A stretch of 49,612 bases of DNA from assembly GCA_002433895.1 (NCBI GenBank), contig DJJA01000005.1, forward strand, positions 69,883 through 119,494, written 5' to 3'. Shown piece after piece: positions 35,636-45,313 of this stretch; positions within the stretch are counted from its first letter, which is position 1, and each line of letters starts with the position of its first letter. The notes beneath the pieces were generated by a model that worked only from the letters and a program-made list of their open reading frames with translations, was not told where the DNA came from and made no database searches. The position numbers and the translations under genes were made by a program. Origin of the DNA: Candidatus Gottesmanbacteria bacterium UBA6580 (GTDB lineage: Bacteria > Patescibacteriota > Microgenomatia > UBA10105 > UBA927).

Positions 35636-38560
35636 ATGGAAAACATCGTCATCAAAGGAGCAAGACAGCACAATCTCAAAAATATTACCTTGGAATTACC
35701 CAAGAATAAGCTGGTGGTATTTACCGGCCTTTCCGGTTCAGGTAAATCCAGCCTTGCTTTTGACACAATTTACGCTGAAGGGCAACGCCGGTATGTAGAA
35801 TCGCTTTCTTCTTATGCCCGGCAATTTTTAGGAGTTATGGATAAGCCGGACGTCGATACGATAGAGGGACTTTCGCCGGCGATTTCCATCGATCAGAAAT
35901 CCACTTCCCACAATCCACGCTCGACTGTCGGCACGGTGACTGAAATTTATGACTACCTGCGTTTATTGTTCGCGCGTGTCGGCCATCCGCATTGCCCTAA
36001 CTGCGGCAGGGAAATATCCAAAATGTCTTCCGACCAGATCGTCCTTTCTATTCTCGAAATGGCGGGAACTGCGTTATCCGCAGGCACGAAATCGTACCGG
36101 CTTGTGTTGCTCGCCCCGATTGTCCGGGACAGAAAAGGCGAGTTCAGCGGGCTGTTTGATAATCTCAAGGCAAAAGGATACCGGCAGGTACGTGTAGACG
36201 GCAAATTTATCGATCTTGATACCGATATCACGCTTCTTAAAACAAACAAACATTCAATAGACGTTGTTGTTGACCGTTTCAGCCTCGACAAGCCAAGCCT
36301 TAAGCCCACGTTTGTCGGGTCCATCAGAACCCGGCTCAATGACGCCGTAGAGCAGTCATTGGGACTTGCGGATGGACTGGTAATCGCGGGTGAAGTGCTC
36401 GACAAATCATTTGCTATGCCCGAATCACCCAAAGAAATGAAAGATCACATGTTCTCTGAAAAATTCAGCTGCCCGGTGTGTAACATTTCGCTTCCTGAAA
36501 TTGAACCACGGTCATTTTCCTTTAACTCGCCGCACGGCGCGTGTCCGACCTGCACGGGGTTAGGCTCAATTCTTACCGTTGATCCAGAACTTGTCATCAA
36601 TCCCGAACTCTCTATAACCGAGGGTGGTGTGCTGCCGTTCGCCAAAACATTTTTTCATGACACCTGGTATTCACGGGTGGTAAACGCGGTATCCGAAAAG
36701 CACGGCATTAACCCGCGCGCGCCACTTAAAAACCTCACCAAAGCCCAACTCAATGTACTTCTCTATGGCACCGGTGACGAAGTGCATCATGTCAAAGGTA
36801 CCAACCGGTTTGGCGAGCAGACTGCTATCGAGGAAACATTCAGTGGATTTATTCCGGAGTTAGTGCGGCGGCACACAGAGTCCGAATCTGATTTTCTCCG
36901 CACCGAAATTGAAAAATACATGCGGCAGGAAGTATGTAAATCTTGCGGGGGGAAACGGCTCAAAAAAGAAAGCCTGACCATTATGATAGATAAACGGTCG
37001 ATAAGCGACATTACCGACCTAAGCATTACCGACGCGTATGAGTGGGTGAAGAAGCTTTCCGATAACACCCAGCAGACACTTTCGCTCACCGAAATGAAAA
37101 TCGGTGCACCTATCCTTAAAGAAGTGCTCACCCGTTTAGGATTTCTTTTAAGTGTCGGATTGGAGTACCTATCACTTTCACGGAGCGCGACTAGTCTTGC
37201 CGGTGGAGAAGCGCAGCGCATCAGGCTCGCGTCCCAAATCGGTTCAGGACTCACCGGAGTGCTGTATGTTTTGGACGAACCCTCGATTGGCTTACATCCA
37301 CGCGATAACCACCGTCTGATAAAAACCCTTGTGTCGCTGCGGAATTTAGGCAATTCCGTGATTGTCGTTGAGCACGACCGGGAAATGATCGAGGCAGGCG
37401 ATTATATCGTCGATTTTGGTCCAGGAGCGGGTAAATTCGGTGGCACGGTTATTGCCAAAGGCACGCTTCCGGAAATTAAACAGTCAGCGAAATCCATTAC
37501 CGGCGCATATCTCACCGGCCGTAAAACAATACGCGTAAGTAAAAGTGTTTCTACCGAACTCACCCCACGGTATTTGCGTTTAACCAACGTGACACACAAC
37601 AATCTGAAAGGAATTGACCTTTCTATCCCGCTTGGCAAATTTGTGTGTATCACCGGGGTGTCCGGCAGCGGTAAATCATCACTGATTGTGGAAACACTAT
37701 ATCCCGCGCTTATGCGTCACTACAACCCGTTTTCGAAAGAACGCCCGGGCGAGTTTGGTGCGCTTCAAGGAGTAGATGAAATAGACAAAGTGGTGCTTAT
37801 CGATCAGTCACCGATCGGGAGAACCCCACGGAGTAACCCAGCAACCTACACCGGACTTTTTAGCTTTATCCGCGATATATTCGCAAATCTCTCTGAGGCG
37901 AGATTACGAGGCTACAAAAGCGGGAGATTTTCATTTAACGTCAAAGGCGGCAGATGTGAAGCGTGTGAAGGGGAGGGGCAGCGAAAAATAGAGATGCAAT
38001 TTATGTCCGATGTGTATGTCACTTGTGAAGTGTGTCAGGGCAAACGCTACAACAACGATACACTAGAAATTACCTATCGGGACAAGTCTATCGCAGACGT
38101 ACTTAATTTGAGCATTACGGAAGCAATTGAATTTTTCCATGCACACCCGCAGGTATTAGGAAAGCTTACGACCATTGCTGACGTCGGACTGTCCTATATG
38201 CACCTCGGGCAATCGGCGACCACGCTTTCGGGCGGAGAAGCACAACGGGTAAAGCTTGCGAGTGAATTGTCCCGCAGATCAACCGGCCGGACGGTGTATA
38301 TTTTGGATGAGCCTACTACCGGACTTCATTTTGCCGATCTGGAGAAGTTGCTCACGGTATTACACCGTTTAGTGACCCTCGGCAACACAGTCGTCGTCAT
38401 CGAGCACAATCTTGATGTCATTAAAAGCGCAGACTGGGTTATCGATTTGGGTCCTGAGGGTGGTAATAAGGGCGGGGAAATTCTGGTAGCGGGAACCCCG
38501 GAACAAATTGCTCGGGAAAAATCTTCCTATACAGGACAATTTCTCAAAAAGGTACTATAG
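35636..38560 (+). CDS. uvrA: Excinuclease ABC subunit A
   Basis: Two ABC modules (GLSGSGKSS; GVSGSGKSS), LSGGEAQR signatures and zinc-finger CxxC pairs. Confidence 0.97.
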   Translation: MENIVIKGARQHNLKNITLELPKNKLVVFTGLSGSGKSSLAFDTIYAEGQRRYVESLSSYARQFLGVMDKPDVDTIEGLSPAISIDQKSTSHNPRSTVGTVTEIYDYLRLLFARVGHPHCPNCGREISKMSSDQIVLSILEMAGTALSAGTKSYRLVLLAPIVRDRKGEFSGLFDNLKAKGYRQVRVDGKFIDLDTDITLLKTNKHSIDVVVDRFSLDKPSLKPTFVGSIRTRLNDAVEQSLGLADGLVIAGEVLDKSFAMPESPKEMKDHMFSEKFSCPVCNISLPEIEPRSFSFNSPHGACPTCTGLGSILTVDPELVINPELSITEGGVLPFAKTFFHDTWYSRVVNAVSEKHGINPRAPLKNLTKAQLNVLLYGTGDEVHHVKGTNRFGEQTAIEETFSGFIPELVRRHTESESDFLRTEIEKYMRQEVCKSCGGKRLKKESLTIMIDKRSISDITDLSITDAYEWVKKLSDNTQQTLSLTEMKIGAPILKEVLTRLGFLLSVGLEYLSLSRSATSLAGGEAQRIRLASQIGSGLTGVLYVLDEPSIGLHPRDNHRLIKTLVSLRNLGNSVIVVEHDREMIEAGDYIVDFGPGAGKFGGTVIAKGTLPEIKQSAKSITGAYLTGRKTIRVSKSVSTELTPRYLRLTNVTHNNLKGIDLSIPLGKFVCITGVSGSGKSSLIVETLYPALMRHYNPFSKERPGEFGALQGVDEIDKVVLIDQSPIGRTPRSNPATYTGLFSFIRDIFANLSEARLRGYKSGRFSFNVKGGRCEACEGEGQRKIEMQFMSDVYVTCEVCQGKRYNNDTLEITYRDKSIADVLNLSITEAIEFFHAHPQVLGKLTTIADVGLSYMHLGQSATTLSGGEAQRVKLASELSRRSTGRTVYILDEPTTGLHFADLEKLLTVLHRLVTLGNTVVVIEHNLDVIKSADWVIDLGPEGGNKGGEILVAGTPEQIAREKSSYTGQFLKKVL

Positions 38561-38564
38561 TAGT

Positions 38565-40388
38565 ATGGTGATGCGCCGCCTGTTACGCTTTGTATTCCTC
38601 ATCGTATTTTTCTTCGCCCTCTTTGTGCCCGCGGGAAAAAAAGCACTGGCAAGCGGCGAGTTCCAGGCAGACTACGACGTGCAGTATGCGATTGCCCCAT
38701 CTGGCAAAACGATCGTTACCCAGCACGTGACCCTCACGAACAAACTTCCGAATTTTTACGCCCAGGAATACTCACTCCTCCTGGATAGTGACAAAATTAC
38801 ACAAGTTATTGCCTATGACGATGGTGGGGTAATCACGCCGGAAATTTCCGTCAAAGACGGTAAAACGCAAATCGCGCTCACTTTTAACGTAAAAGAAATA
38901 GGCCTGGGTAAATCACTCAAATTCTCATTGCGGTACGAGCACAGCGGTATCGCGTCAAAGGCAGGAAGTATATGGGAAATTTACGTTCCCGGAGTCATCA
39001 ATGATCCGGACATCGGCGCGTACAACGTCAGCCTGGCGGTTCCGCCCAATTTCGGCCCTGCCGCGTATCTTACCCCGCTTCCCGCAAATGGAAAAAGCTG
39101 GACAAAAGAACAAATGATTCGTGGAGGTATCGCGGGTGCGTATGGCACAAGCCAGAATTTTGACCTTACCTTGTCGTATGCACTGACGAACCCGGGTATG
39201 GGTAACCAGTTACAGGAAATCTCACTTCCTCCGAGTACCGCGTACCAGAAAGTAACCTTAAGTGATCTTTCACCCTCGCCGCAAACCGTAACTTCTGATG
39301 CTGAGGGGAATTGGCTTGCCCGGTACCAATTAGGACCAAGACAGTCCCTGAATGTTACCGCGAAAGTAGGTGTTTCTATATTTTTAACTCCCAGAAAAGA
39401 TTTCGTACAACCGCCGGTGAACGAACAACTTCACACAGAGGCGAAGGAATATTGGCAAACACACGATCCGCAAATTGCCGCCCTGGCGAAGCAATACAAT
39501 ACGCCACGGAAAATTTATGACTATGTAGCAACTGCCTTGGAATATGATTTTGAAAAAGTAAACGGCACCGCTACCCGTATGGGCGCCATCGCCACGCTGA
39601 AAGATCCAAAACGGGCGGTATGTATGGAATTTACCGATCTTTATGTTGCCATTGCCCGGGCTGCCGGCATACCGGCGCGCAGAATTGTGGGATATGCGTA
39701 TACAAATAACCCGAAGCTCCGTCCGCTATCGTTGGTGACCGATGTATTACATGCGTGGCCGGAATATTACGACAAGGAAACAAACACATGGGTCCCTGTA
39801 GACCCCACCTGGGCAAACACTACCGGTGGCGTAGATTACTTTACCAAGCTTGATTTTAACCACATAACGTTTGCGATTAATGGTCTCGACAGTTCGACGC
39901 CATATCCTGCCGGATACTACCGCAGCCCGGACAAAACAGGGCGGGATGTCACGGTCGAGTTTGCCGACAGTACCACCAATGGAAAAGCAGCCAATGTGAC
40001 GACATCGATCGAGTTCCCGACGGCGGTCGGTGCCGGCACGAAAGTAGGAGGACAGGTGGTCGTCAAAAATTCCGGCGGGGAATCGGCACATAATATCAGC
40101 GTTACCGTCTTGTCAGACCCGGATGTTATACGGATTACGGAAACTATTGAGGAACTGCTTCCGTACGGCATTGTACGTATTCCCATCGAGGGTAAATTTG
40201 CCCAAACGCTCTCAAAGACTCCCGGCCAAATTAGAGTGAGGGTCAATGACACCATGCTCACCCATTCATTCGTTATCCAACCGTTGTATTGGCTCGTCGG
40301 GTTGGGCGTGCTATTTCTCATTTTGGCGGTGATCGTCGCAGTAATGCTTATACGGCTCGTACTATGGAAGAAATCAAAAAAACATTAA
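38565..40388 (+). CDS. Membrane-anchored transglutaminase-like (cysteine protease fold) protein
   Basis: N-terminal signal/TM segment and a C-terminal TM. Core triad context is AVCMEFTD.., ..LHAWPEYY.., ..WVPVDPTW. The 3' end overlaps uvrC by 25 nt. Confidence 0.7.
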   Translation: MVMRRLLRFVFLIVFFFALFVPAGKKALASGEFQADYDVQYAIAPSGKTIVTQHVTLTNKLPNFYAQEYSLLLDSDKITQVIAYDDGGVITPEISVKDGKTQIALTFNVKEIGLGKSLKFSLRYEHSGIASKAGSIWEIYVPGVINDPDIGAYNVSLAVPPNFGPAAYLTPLPANGKSWTKEQMIRGGIAGAYGTSQNFDLTLSYALTNPGMGNQLQEISLPPSTAYQKVTLSDLSPSPQTVTSDAEGNWLARYQLGPRQSLNVTAKVGVSIFLTPRKDFVQPPVNEQLHTEAKEYWQTHDPQIAALAKQYNTPRKIYDYVATALEYDFEKVNGTATRMGAIATLKDPKRAVCMEFTDLYVAIARAAGIPARRIVGYAYTNNPKLRPLSLVTDVLHAWPEYYDKETNTWVPVDPTWANTTGGVDYFTKLDFNHITFAINGLDSSTPYPAGYYRSPDKTGRDVTVEFADSTTNGKAANVTTSIEFPTAVGAGTKVGGQVVVKNSGGESAHNISVTVLSDPDVIRITETIEELLPYGIVRIPIEGKFAQTLSKTPGQIRVRVNDTMLTHSFVIQPLYWLVGLGVLFLILAVIVAVMLIRLVLWKKSKKH

Positions 40389-41689
40389 CATCCCTCTCTC
40401 ACGAGCCAGGGGTATACCTGTATAAGAATGATGAAGGCACGGTTATTTACGTAGGAAAAGCCCGTGATTTGTCCCGCAGGGTAAAGCAATACTTCACACG
40501 CCGCGCCGGCATGGACGAAAAAACTAAGCGGCTGGTTGCTGACATACGGAGCATCCAAACAATCGCGACTACCAGTGAATTTGATGCGTTACTCCTGGAA
40601 GCGAAACTCATCCGTGAATTCATGCCCAAGTACAATGTTATTTCCCGGGATGACAAAAGCCCCTTATATGTCGTCATTACCCTTTCAGAAACATTACCCC
40701 GTCTATTTCTTGTACGGAAAGGTGAGATAGGAACCTATAGCCGCAATAAACAGAATGCGGTTTACGGGCCGTTCCAGTCGGGGTTTGCGGTGAGAGGGCT
40801 GCTGCGGCAACTCCGTAGTATTGTGCCGTATTGCACACAAAAACAACGTACGGGAAAACCGTGCTTCTATACCCACCTCGGATTGTGCCAACCATGCCCT
40901 TCTGCCATTGTCAGTTTTTCTGGCGCGGAGCAAAAGGAAAAAACGGCGTTATACCGCAAAAATATGCTTCGGCTGAAAGCGCTTTTTGATGGCAAAGTAC
41001 GGTGGCTCGCTGAAGAATATGAAAAAGAAATGCGCCGGTTTGCTGAGTTGCAACAATTTGAGCTTGCATCCGCGGTCAAACAACGGCTACTGCTGCTCAA
41101 TAGTTTATCACAACACCGTTACGATCCGCAGGTGTTTATCGAACAAGGAGCTGCCGATATCTATGAAGAGGAGTTAGCGGAGTTACATACGTATCTTTGT
41201 AAGTTTTACCCCAATCTGAAGCCTCTTACCCGTATCGAATGTTTTGATATATCTAATCTGTATGGCCAACAGGCGGTTGGCTCCATGGTTGTGCTGTTAT
41301 CCGGAAGGCCTGAAAGCCATGAGTACCGGAAGTTCCGGATAAAAACAGTGCGTGGTATTTCCGACGTATCAATGATGGACGAAGTGCTCTCAAGGCGGCT
41401 GAAGCATAGAGAATGGCCGTATCCGCAATTTATCCTTATTGACGGCGGAAAACCCCAGGTGGCAGCCGCACGGGACGTGTTGCGCCGTAGCCAGCTGTCG
41501 ATCCCAATGGCAGGACTTGCGAAACGCGAAGAAGAAATTGTTATTCCCGATGGAAATGATTTTGTCACGCTGCGGCTCCCTCTTTCAGGGAGGGCAATAA
41601 AAGTGCTCATGCGTATACGCGATGAAGCGCACCGGTTTGCCATCACGTATCACCGGTTACTGCGATCAAAAGCATTTATCACATCATAG
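40364..41689 (+). CDS. uvrC: Excinuclease ABC subunit C (short form, apparently no C-terminal HhH region)
   Basis: GIY-YIG (PGVYLY..VIYVGKA), a UVR-like helix, and an endonuclease V-like domain (..FDISN..G..VGSMVV..). Confidence 0.9.
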   Translation: MEEIKKTLTSLSHEPGVYLYKNDEGTVIYVGKARDLSRRVKQYFTRRAGMDEKTKRLVADIRSIQTIATTSEFDALLLEAKLIREFMPKYNVISRDDKSPLYVVITLSETLPRLFLVRKGEIGTYSRNKQNAVYGPFQSGFAVRGLLRQLRSIVPYCTQKQRTGKPCFYTHLGLCQPCPSAIVSFSGAEQKEKTALYRKNMLRLKALFDGKVRWLAEEYEKEMRRFAELQQFELASAVKQRLLLLNSLSQHRYDPQVFIEQGAADIYEEELAELHTYLCKFYPNLKPLTRIECFDISNLYGQQAVGSMVVLLSGRPESHEYRKFRIKTVRGISDVSMMDEVLSRRLKHREWPYPQFILIDGGKPQVAAARDVLRRSQLSIPMAGLAKREEEIVIPDGNDFVTLRLPLSGRAIKVLMRIRDEAHRFAITYHRLLRSKAFITS

Positions 41690-41740
41690 GTTCGGCCAGT
41701 TTGACCTTCACTGCCGAAACTTGATACCATAAACCATTAC

Positions 41741-42145
41741 ATGAAGTATTTACTGCGTGTCTTTCTATTTCATAGCTTTGCCCTTTGGTTTGTGTCCCAG
41801 GTATTACCCGCCTTGGTCATCGATGGGGGATGGCCGGTACTTTTGCTTGCCGGATTAGTGCTCGGACTGCTTATGCTCTTGGTAGCCCCGCTTCTTAAAA
41901 TACTATTCATCCCGATCAACCTCCTGACGTTCGGGTTGCTCAGCTGGTTTATTAATGTCATCGTGATTTATTTGCTTACCGTATTTGTGCCTGGAGTGAG
42001 CGTGGTCGCGTGGACATTTCCCGGGCTATCATTTGCGGGCTTTGTATTGCCGGAAATCGCGTTTTCTTCTTTTATTTCCTTTATTTTGGTATCATTGAGC
42101 GTCTCAATGCTGGTTAATGTCCTTCATGACATATCGGAGCATTAG
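41741..42145 (+). CDS. Small 4-TM membrane protein (phage holin family IV / YvlD-like)
   Basis: 134 aa with four hydrophobic segments. Family resemblance recalled from memory. Confidence 0.5.
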   Translation: MKYLLRVFLFHSFALWFVSQVLPALVIDGGWPVLLLAGLVLGLLMLLVAPLLKILFIPINLLTFGLLSWFINVIVIYLLTVFVPGVSVVAWTFPGLSFAGFVLPEIAFSSFISFILVSLSVSMLVNVLHDISEH

Positions 42146-42159
42146 CAAAAACGCACATA

Positions 42160-43170
42160 ATGAAACGAGCAAATCTTAAACGGGTGGTATGTATTGGAGG
42201 GGGCACGGGAACGTTTGTGGCACTTCGTGGCCTTAAGCAATACCCGCTTTCCCTGTCTGCGATTGTTACCATGAGTGACAGTGGCGGGAGCAACCGGAGA
42301 ATAAGAGACGAGTTCGGTTTGCTTCCCACATCAGATATCCGTCAGTGTCTAGTCGCGCTTTCTGATGAAACGGGCGGCATGGGTATACTCCGGAAGCTTT
42401 TTATGTACCGTTTTGAAAAGGGACAGGGTATAGCAGGGATGACCTTTGGCAATCTTTTTATGGCTGCGCTTACGGATATAGTTGGCAGTCAGGAGGAAGC
42501 CATACGCCAAACCGGAAAGGTGCTCCGGATAAAGGGGGCGGTTATTCCGGTAACACTTACCGAAACCAACCTCTCAGCGACGTACGAAGACGGGAGCATA
42601 GTTTCCGAAGAGCATCTTATCGATGAGCCGGCACACGACGGGAAACTGAAAATTACCGGTGTGACACTCACCCCATCTGCTACTCCCAATCCTGAAGCTC
42701 TCAAGGCAATCATGACAGCCGATATGGTGGTGCTGGGTCCGGGTGACCTGTATACCAGCTTGCTACCCAACCTGCTGGTGTCAAAAGTTCCCGAAGCATT
42801 TCAAAAAACCAAAGCAAAAGTGGTCTATGTTATGAATTTGATGACAAAATATGGGCAGACCTACAACTATAAAGCATCTGATCACGTCAAAGTCCTTGAG
42901 CAAACCCTGGGCCGGTCAATAGATATAGTCCTTGTAAATACGGGCAAATTATCACCAAAAGCATTAGGGATCTACGCAAAATATCATGAAGTACCGGTCA
43001 TAAATGATCTTACGTCAAACGCGTATTACGATGTCGTCAAAACGCCATTGGTCAGTAATACCATCTATACGAAATCGACCTCAGATGCGCTCATCCGGAG
43101 CCTTATCCGGCACAATAGTGAAAAACTCGCGCGTGCACTTTTTGATATTATGGAAAGGGGTAATGTATGA
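42160..43170 (+). CDS. YvcK/CofD-like protein (UPF0052, gluconeogenesis factor family)
   Basis: VVCIGGGTGTFVALRGLK.., ..VTMSDSGGS.. and ..LGPGDLYTSLLPNLLV.. Confidence 0.85.
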   Translation: MKRANLKRVVCIGGGTGTFVALRGLKQYPLSLSAIVTMSDSGGSNRRIRDEFGLLPTSDIRQCLVALSDETGGMGILRKLFMYRFEKGQGIAGMTFGNLFMAALTDIVGSQEEAIRQTGKVLRIKGAVIPVTLTETNLSATYEDGSIVSEEHLIDEPAHDGKLKITGVTLTPSATPNPEALKAIMTADMVVLGPGDLYTSLLPNLLVSKVPEAFQKTKAKVVYVMNLMTKYGQTYNYKASDHVKVLEQTLGRSIDIVLVNTGKLSPKALGIYAKYHEVPVINDLTSNAYYDVVKTPLVSNTIYTKSTSDALIRSLIRHNSEKLARALFDIMERGNV

Positions 43171-43382
43171 ACATAGTACTATCAGTTATTCAAATAGTGG
43201 TTTCTTTGGGTCTTATCACACTTATTCTCCTTCAAAGCAGCAAAGGCGGATTAGGTGGCGGATTGGGGGGAGGCGAGCTGTACCGCACCAAACGGGGTGC
43301 CGAAAAAATAGTATTTACATCTACCATCGTGCTATCGGTGCTTTTTTTGGTCACATCAATTATTAGTGTTCTTTTGCGGTAA
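43167..43382 (+). CDS. secG: Preprotein translocase subunit SecG
   Basis: 71 aa with two TMs flanking LLQSSKGGLGGGLGGG. The ATGA overlaps the upstream stop. Confidence 0.8.
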   Translation: MNIVLSVIQIVVSLGLITLILLQSSKGGLGGGLGGGELYRTKRGAEKIVFTSTIVLSVLFLVTSIISVLLR

Positions 43383-43402
43383 GGTACAGTCACGCATGCA
43401 CT

Positions 43403-44746
43403 ATGATCGCTTCGAAATCGGTACGCATATTTTTTCTTGTCGTTGTTGAGTTAGCGCGTAAGTATACACGTTCGTTAGTCCTGGGATTTTTCGTCGGCAT
43501 TCTCCTTTCGGTACTTTTTTGGCAGGCATACCCGCTCGTACGCACCTCGTTGTTTTCCTCTACAGAACGCATTGGATTAGTGGGGGAATTCAGCCCGTCT
43601 ACTCTGCCACCACTCATACAAAATCAGATAAGTGTCGGGCTTACCAAACTCTCAGAGGATGGCACCCCCATGCCGGCGCTTGCCACAAGCTGGGAAGCTA
43701 CCAATAGCGGGAAAACATTTATTTTTACACTTGGTACCGATTGGAAATGGCATACCGGCAAGGAAGTGGCGGCACACGACGTCAACTACAACATCAGGGG
43801 GGTTACGCTCATCCCCACAGGCGACCACACGCTTATTGCCTACCTGCAATACCCGTACAGCCCATTTCCATCGTTGGTCGCAAAACCGATATTCTTGCCC
43901 GGATTAAACGGGTTGGGGGAGTATAAAATCAGCCGTATCCAATTAAGCGGCGGTAACGTCCGGTCAATCCAGCTTTATCCATCGAAGGATACCAAGAAAA
44001 AAGCAAAACTGTACACCTTTTACCAAACTGAAGCGCTCGCAAAACTCGCGTTTAAACTTGGTGAAATTGATGAGCTTGCAGACATCAGCTCACCTTCCGG
44101 TATTGCAAACTGGGGCAACATGCACGTTGATGAACGGGTTAACTACGACCGCATCGTCACGTTATTTTTTAACATGCGGAGCCAGGTATTAAGTGATAAA
44201 GCGGCACGGCAGGCGCTCGCGTACGGCATACCGGATTTACCATGGGAAAGCGCGGACTCACCGATAAGCAAAACATCCTGGGCCTACGCAAAGAATACGA
44301 GGAACTACACCTATAACCCAGCCGAAGTTACCAGATTACTCAAAACATCATCACTCGCGTCAAGCTCCGGTGAGCTCGTGCTTTCGACATTCCCGGCTTA
44401 TTTGGATGTTGCGCAGCAAATTGCAGCGTCATGGACAAATCTCAAGATCCCGACGAAAGTGCAGGTAGTGAGCTCAGTCCCACAGGATTTTGAGGTGCTC
44501 TTAAGTGCGCAGGATGTGCCGCCAGATCCAGATCAGTACCCGTTCTGGCATTCGACACAGACACAAACAAACGTCACCGGGTATGTCAATGTAAAAATTG
44601 ATAAGCTGCTGGAAGATGGCCGGCAAGAACTTGATCAGGAAAAACGGAAGCTTATCTACACTGACTTTCAGCGGCGTTTAGTTGAGGAGGCACCCGCTGT
44701 ATTTTTGTACTATCCCACACTCTATACCGTATCAAGAGGCAAATAG
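43403..44746 (+). CDS. Extracellular solute-binding protein, family 5-like (peptide/nickel type)
   Basis: N-terminal TM anchor, ..GLTKLSEDGTPMPALATSWE..TF.FTL...KWH.G.. and a C-terminal ..LYYPT.. pattern. Confidence 0.65.
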   Translation: MIASKSVRIFFLVVVELARKYTRSLVLGFFVGILLSVLFWQAYPLVRTSLFSSTERIGLVGEFSPSTLPPLIQNQISVGLTKLSEDGTPMPALATSWEATNSGKTFIFTLGTDWKWHTGKEVAAHDVNYNIRGVTLIPTGDHTLIAYLQYPYSPFPSLVAKPIFLPGLNGLGEYKISRIQLSGGNVRSIQLYPSKDTKKKAKLYTFYQTEALAKLAFKLGEIDELADISSPSGIANWGNMHVDERVNYDRIVTLFFNMRSQVLSDKAARQALAYGIPDLPWESADSPISKTSWAYAKNTRNYTYNPAEVTRLLKTSSLASSSGELVLSTFPAYLDVAQQIAASWTNLKIPTKVQVVSSVPQDFEVLLSAQDVPPDPDQYPFWHSTQTQTNVTGYVNVKIDKLLEDGRQELDQEKRKLIYTDFQRRLVEEAPAVFLYYPTLYTVSRGK

Positions 44747-44811
44747 TGTTCCCCGCGCGGTCTATTTTTGTTACAATAGAAAGTTGTTCCCTAATATTTT
44801 AAGGGGTGTAT

Positions 44812-44887
44812 GGACGATTAGCTCAACGGCTAGAGCACTTCGTTTACATCGAAGGGGTTGGGGGTTCGAATCCCTCATCGTCCACCA
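44812..44887 (+). tRNA. tRNA-Val (anticodon UAC), CCA encoded
   Basis: Hand-folded. Acceptor GGACGAT/ATCGTCC, anticodon stem CTTCG/CGAAG, loop TTTACAT, T loop TTCGAAT. Confidence 0.9.
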
Positions 44888-44965
44888 GGAATTATTGTCG
44901 GTGACAAACGCCGACGTGGTGCCGTATAATTTCAATAACAATAAAGAAATAATACATTGTGTATT

Positions 44966-45041
44966 GCAGAGGTAGCCAAGGTGGTCAAGGCGCCTGTCTG
45001 AAAAACAGGTTATGCGTGTTCGACTCACGCCCTCTGCACCA
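44966..45041 (+). tRNA. tRNA-Phe (anticodon GAA), CCA encoded, atypical D arm
   Basis: Acceptor GCAGAGG/CCTCTGC, anticodon stem CCTGT/ACAGG, loop CTGAAAA, T arm GCGTG-TTCGACT-CACGC. The D arm is GCC-AAGGTGGTCAA-GGC and the variable loop is 4 nt. Confidence 0.8.
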
Positions 45042-45086
45042 AACTGGTACGAATTAGGTAAGCGTACGCACTTTGGGTATAATATC

Positions 45087-45198
45087 GTCGCAAGGGTGTG
45101 GACTATGTGTGATCCCCTTGCGACACTTGGATTGAAAGGGAGGTTGGAAGGGAAACCTGCCTCGCTGTCAAGGCGGGCGTAGTTTCCCATCCATAAAC
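45087..45198 (+). ncRNA. Structured two-hairpin 5' leader fused to tRNA-Gly (paralog of 45314-45403)
   Basis: TATAAT at 45078-45083. Hairpin 1 is 45087-45096/45115-45124 and hairpin 2 is 45144-45156/45182-45194. There is sequence and structure similarity to the tRNA-Gln leader, with compensatory stem changes. Confidence 0.55.
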
Positions 45199-45270
45199 GC
45201 GGCGTTAGTTCACCGGTAGAATGTCTCCTTGCCAAGGAGAAGGTAACGGGTTCAATTCCCGTACGCCGCT
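45199..45270 (+). tRNA. tRNA-Gly (anticodon GCC)
   Basis: Acceptor GCGGCGT/ACGCCGC, anticodon stem TCTCC/GGAGA, loop TTGCCAA, T loop TTCAATT, discriminator U. Confidence 0.9.
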
Positions 45271-45313
45271 CAACGTTAGTTCGAAGTATAGGTTATTTAA
45301 TAAAGTAAATATC

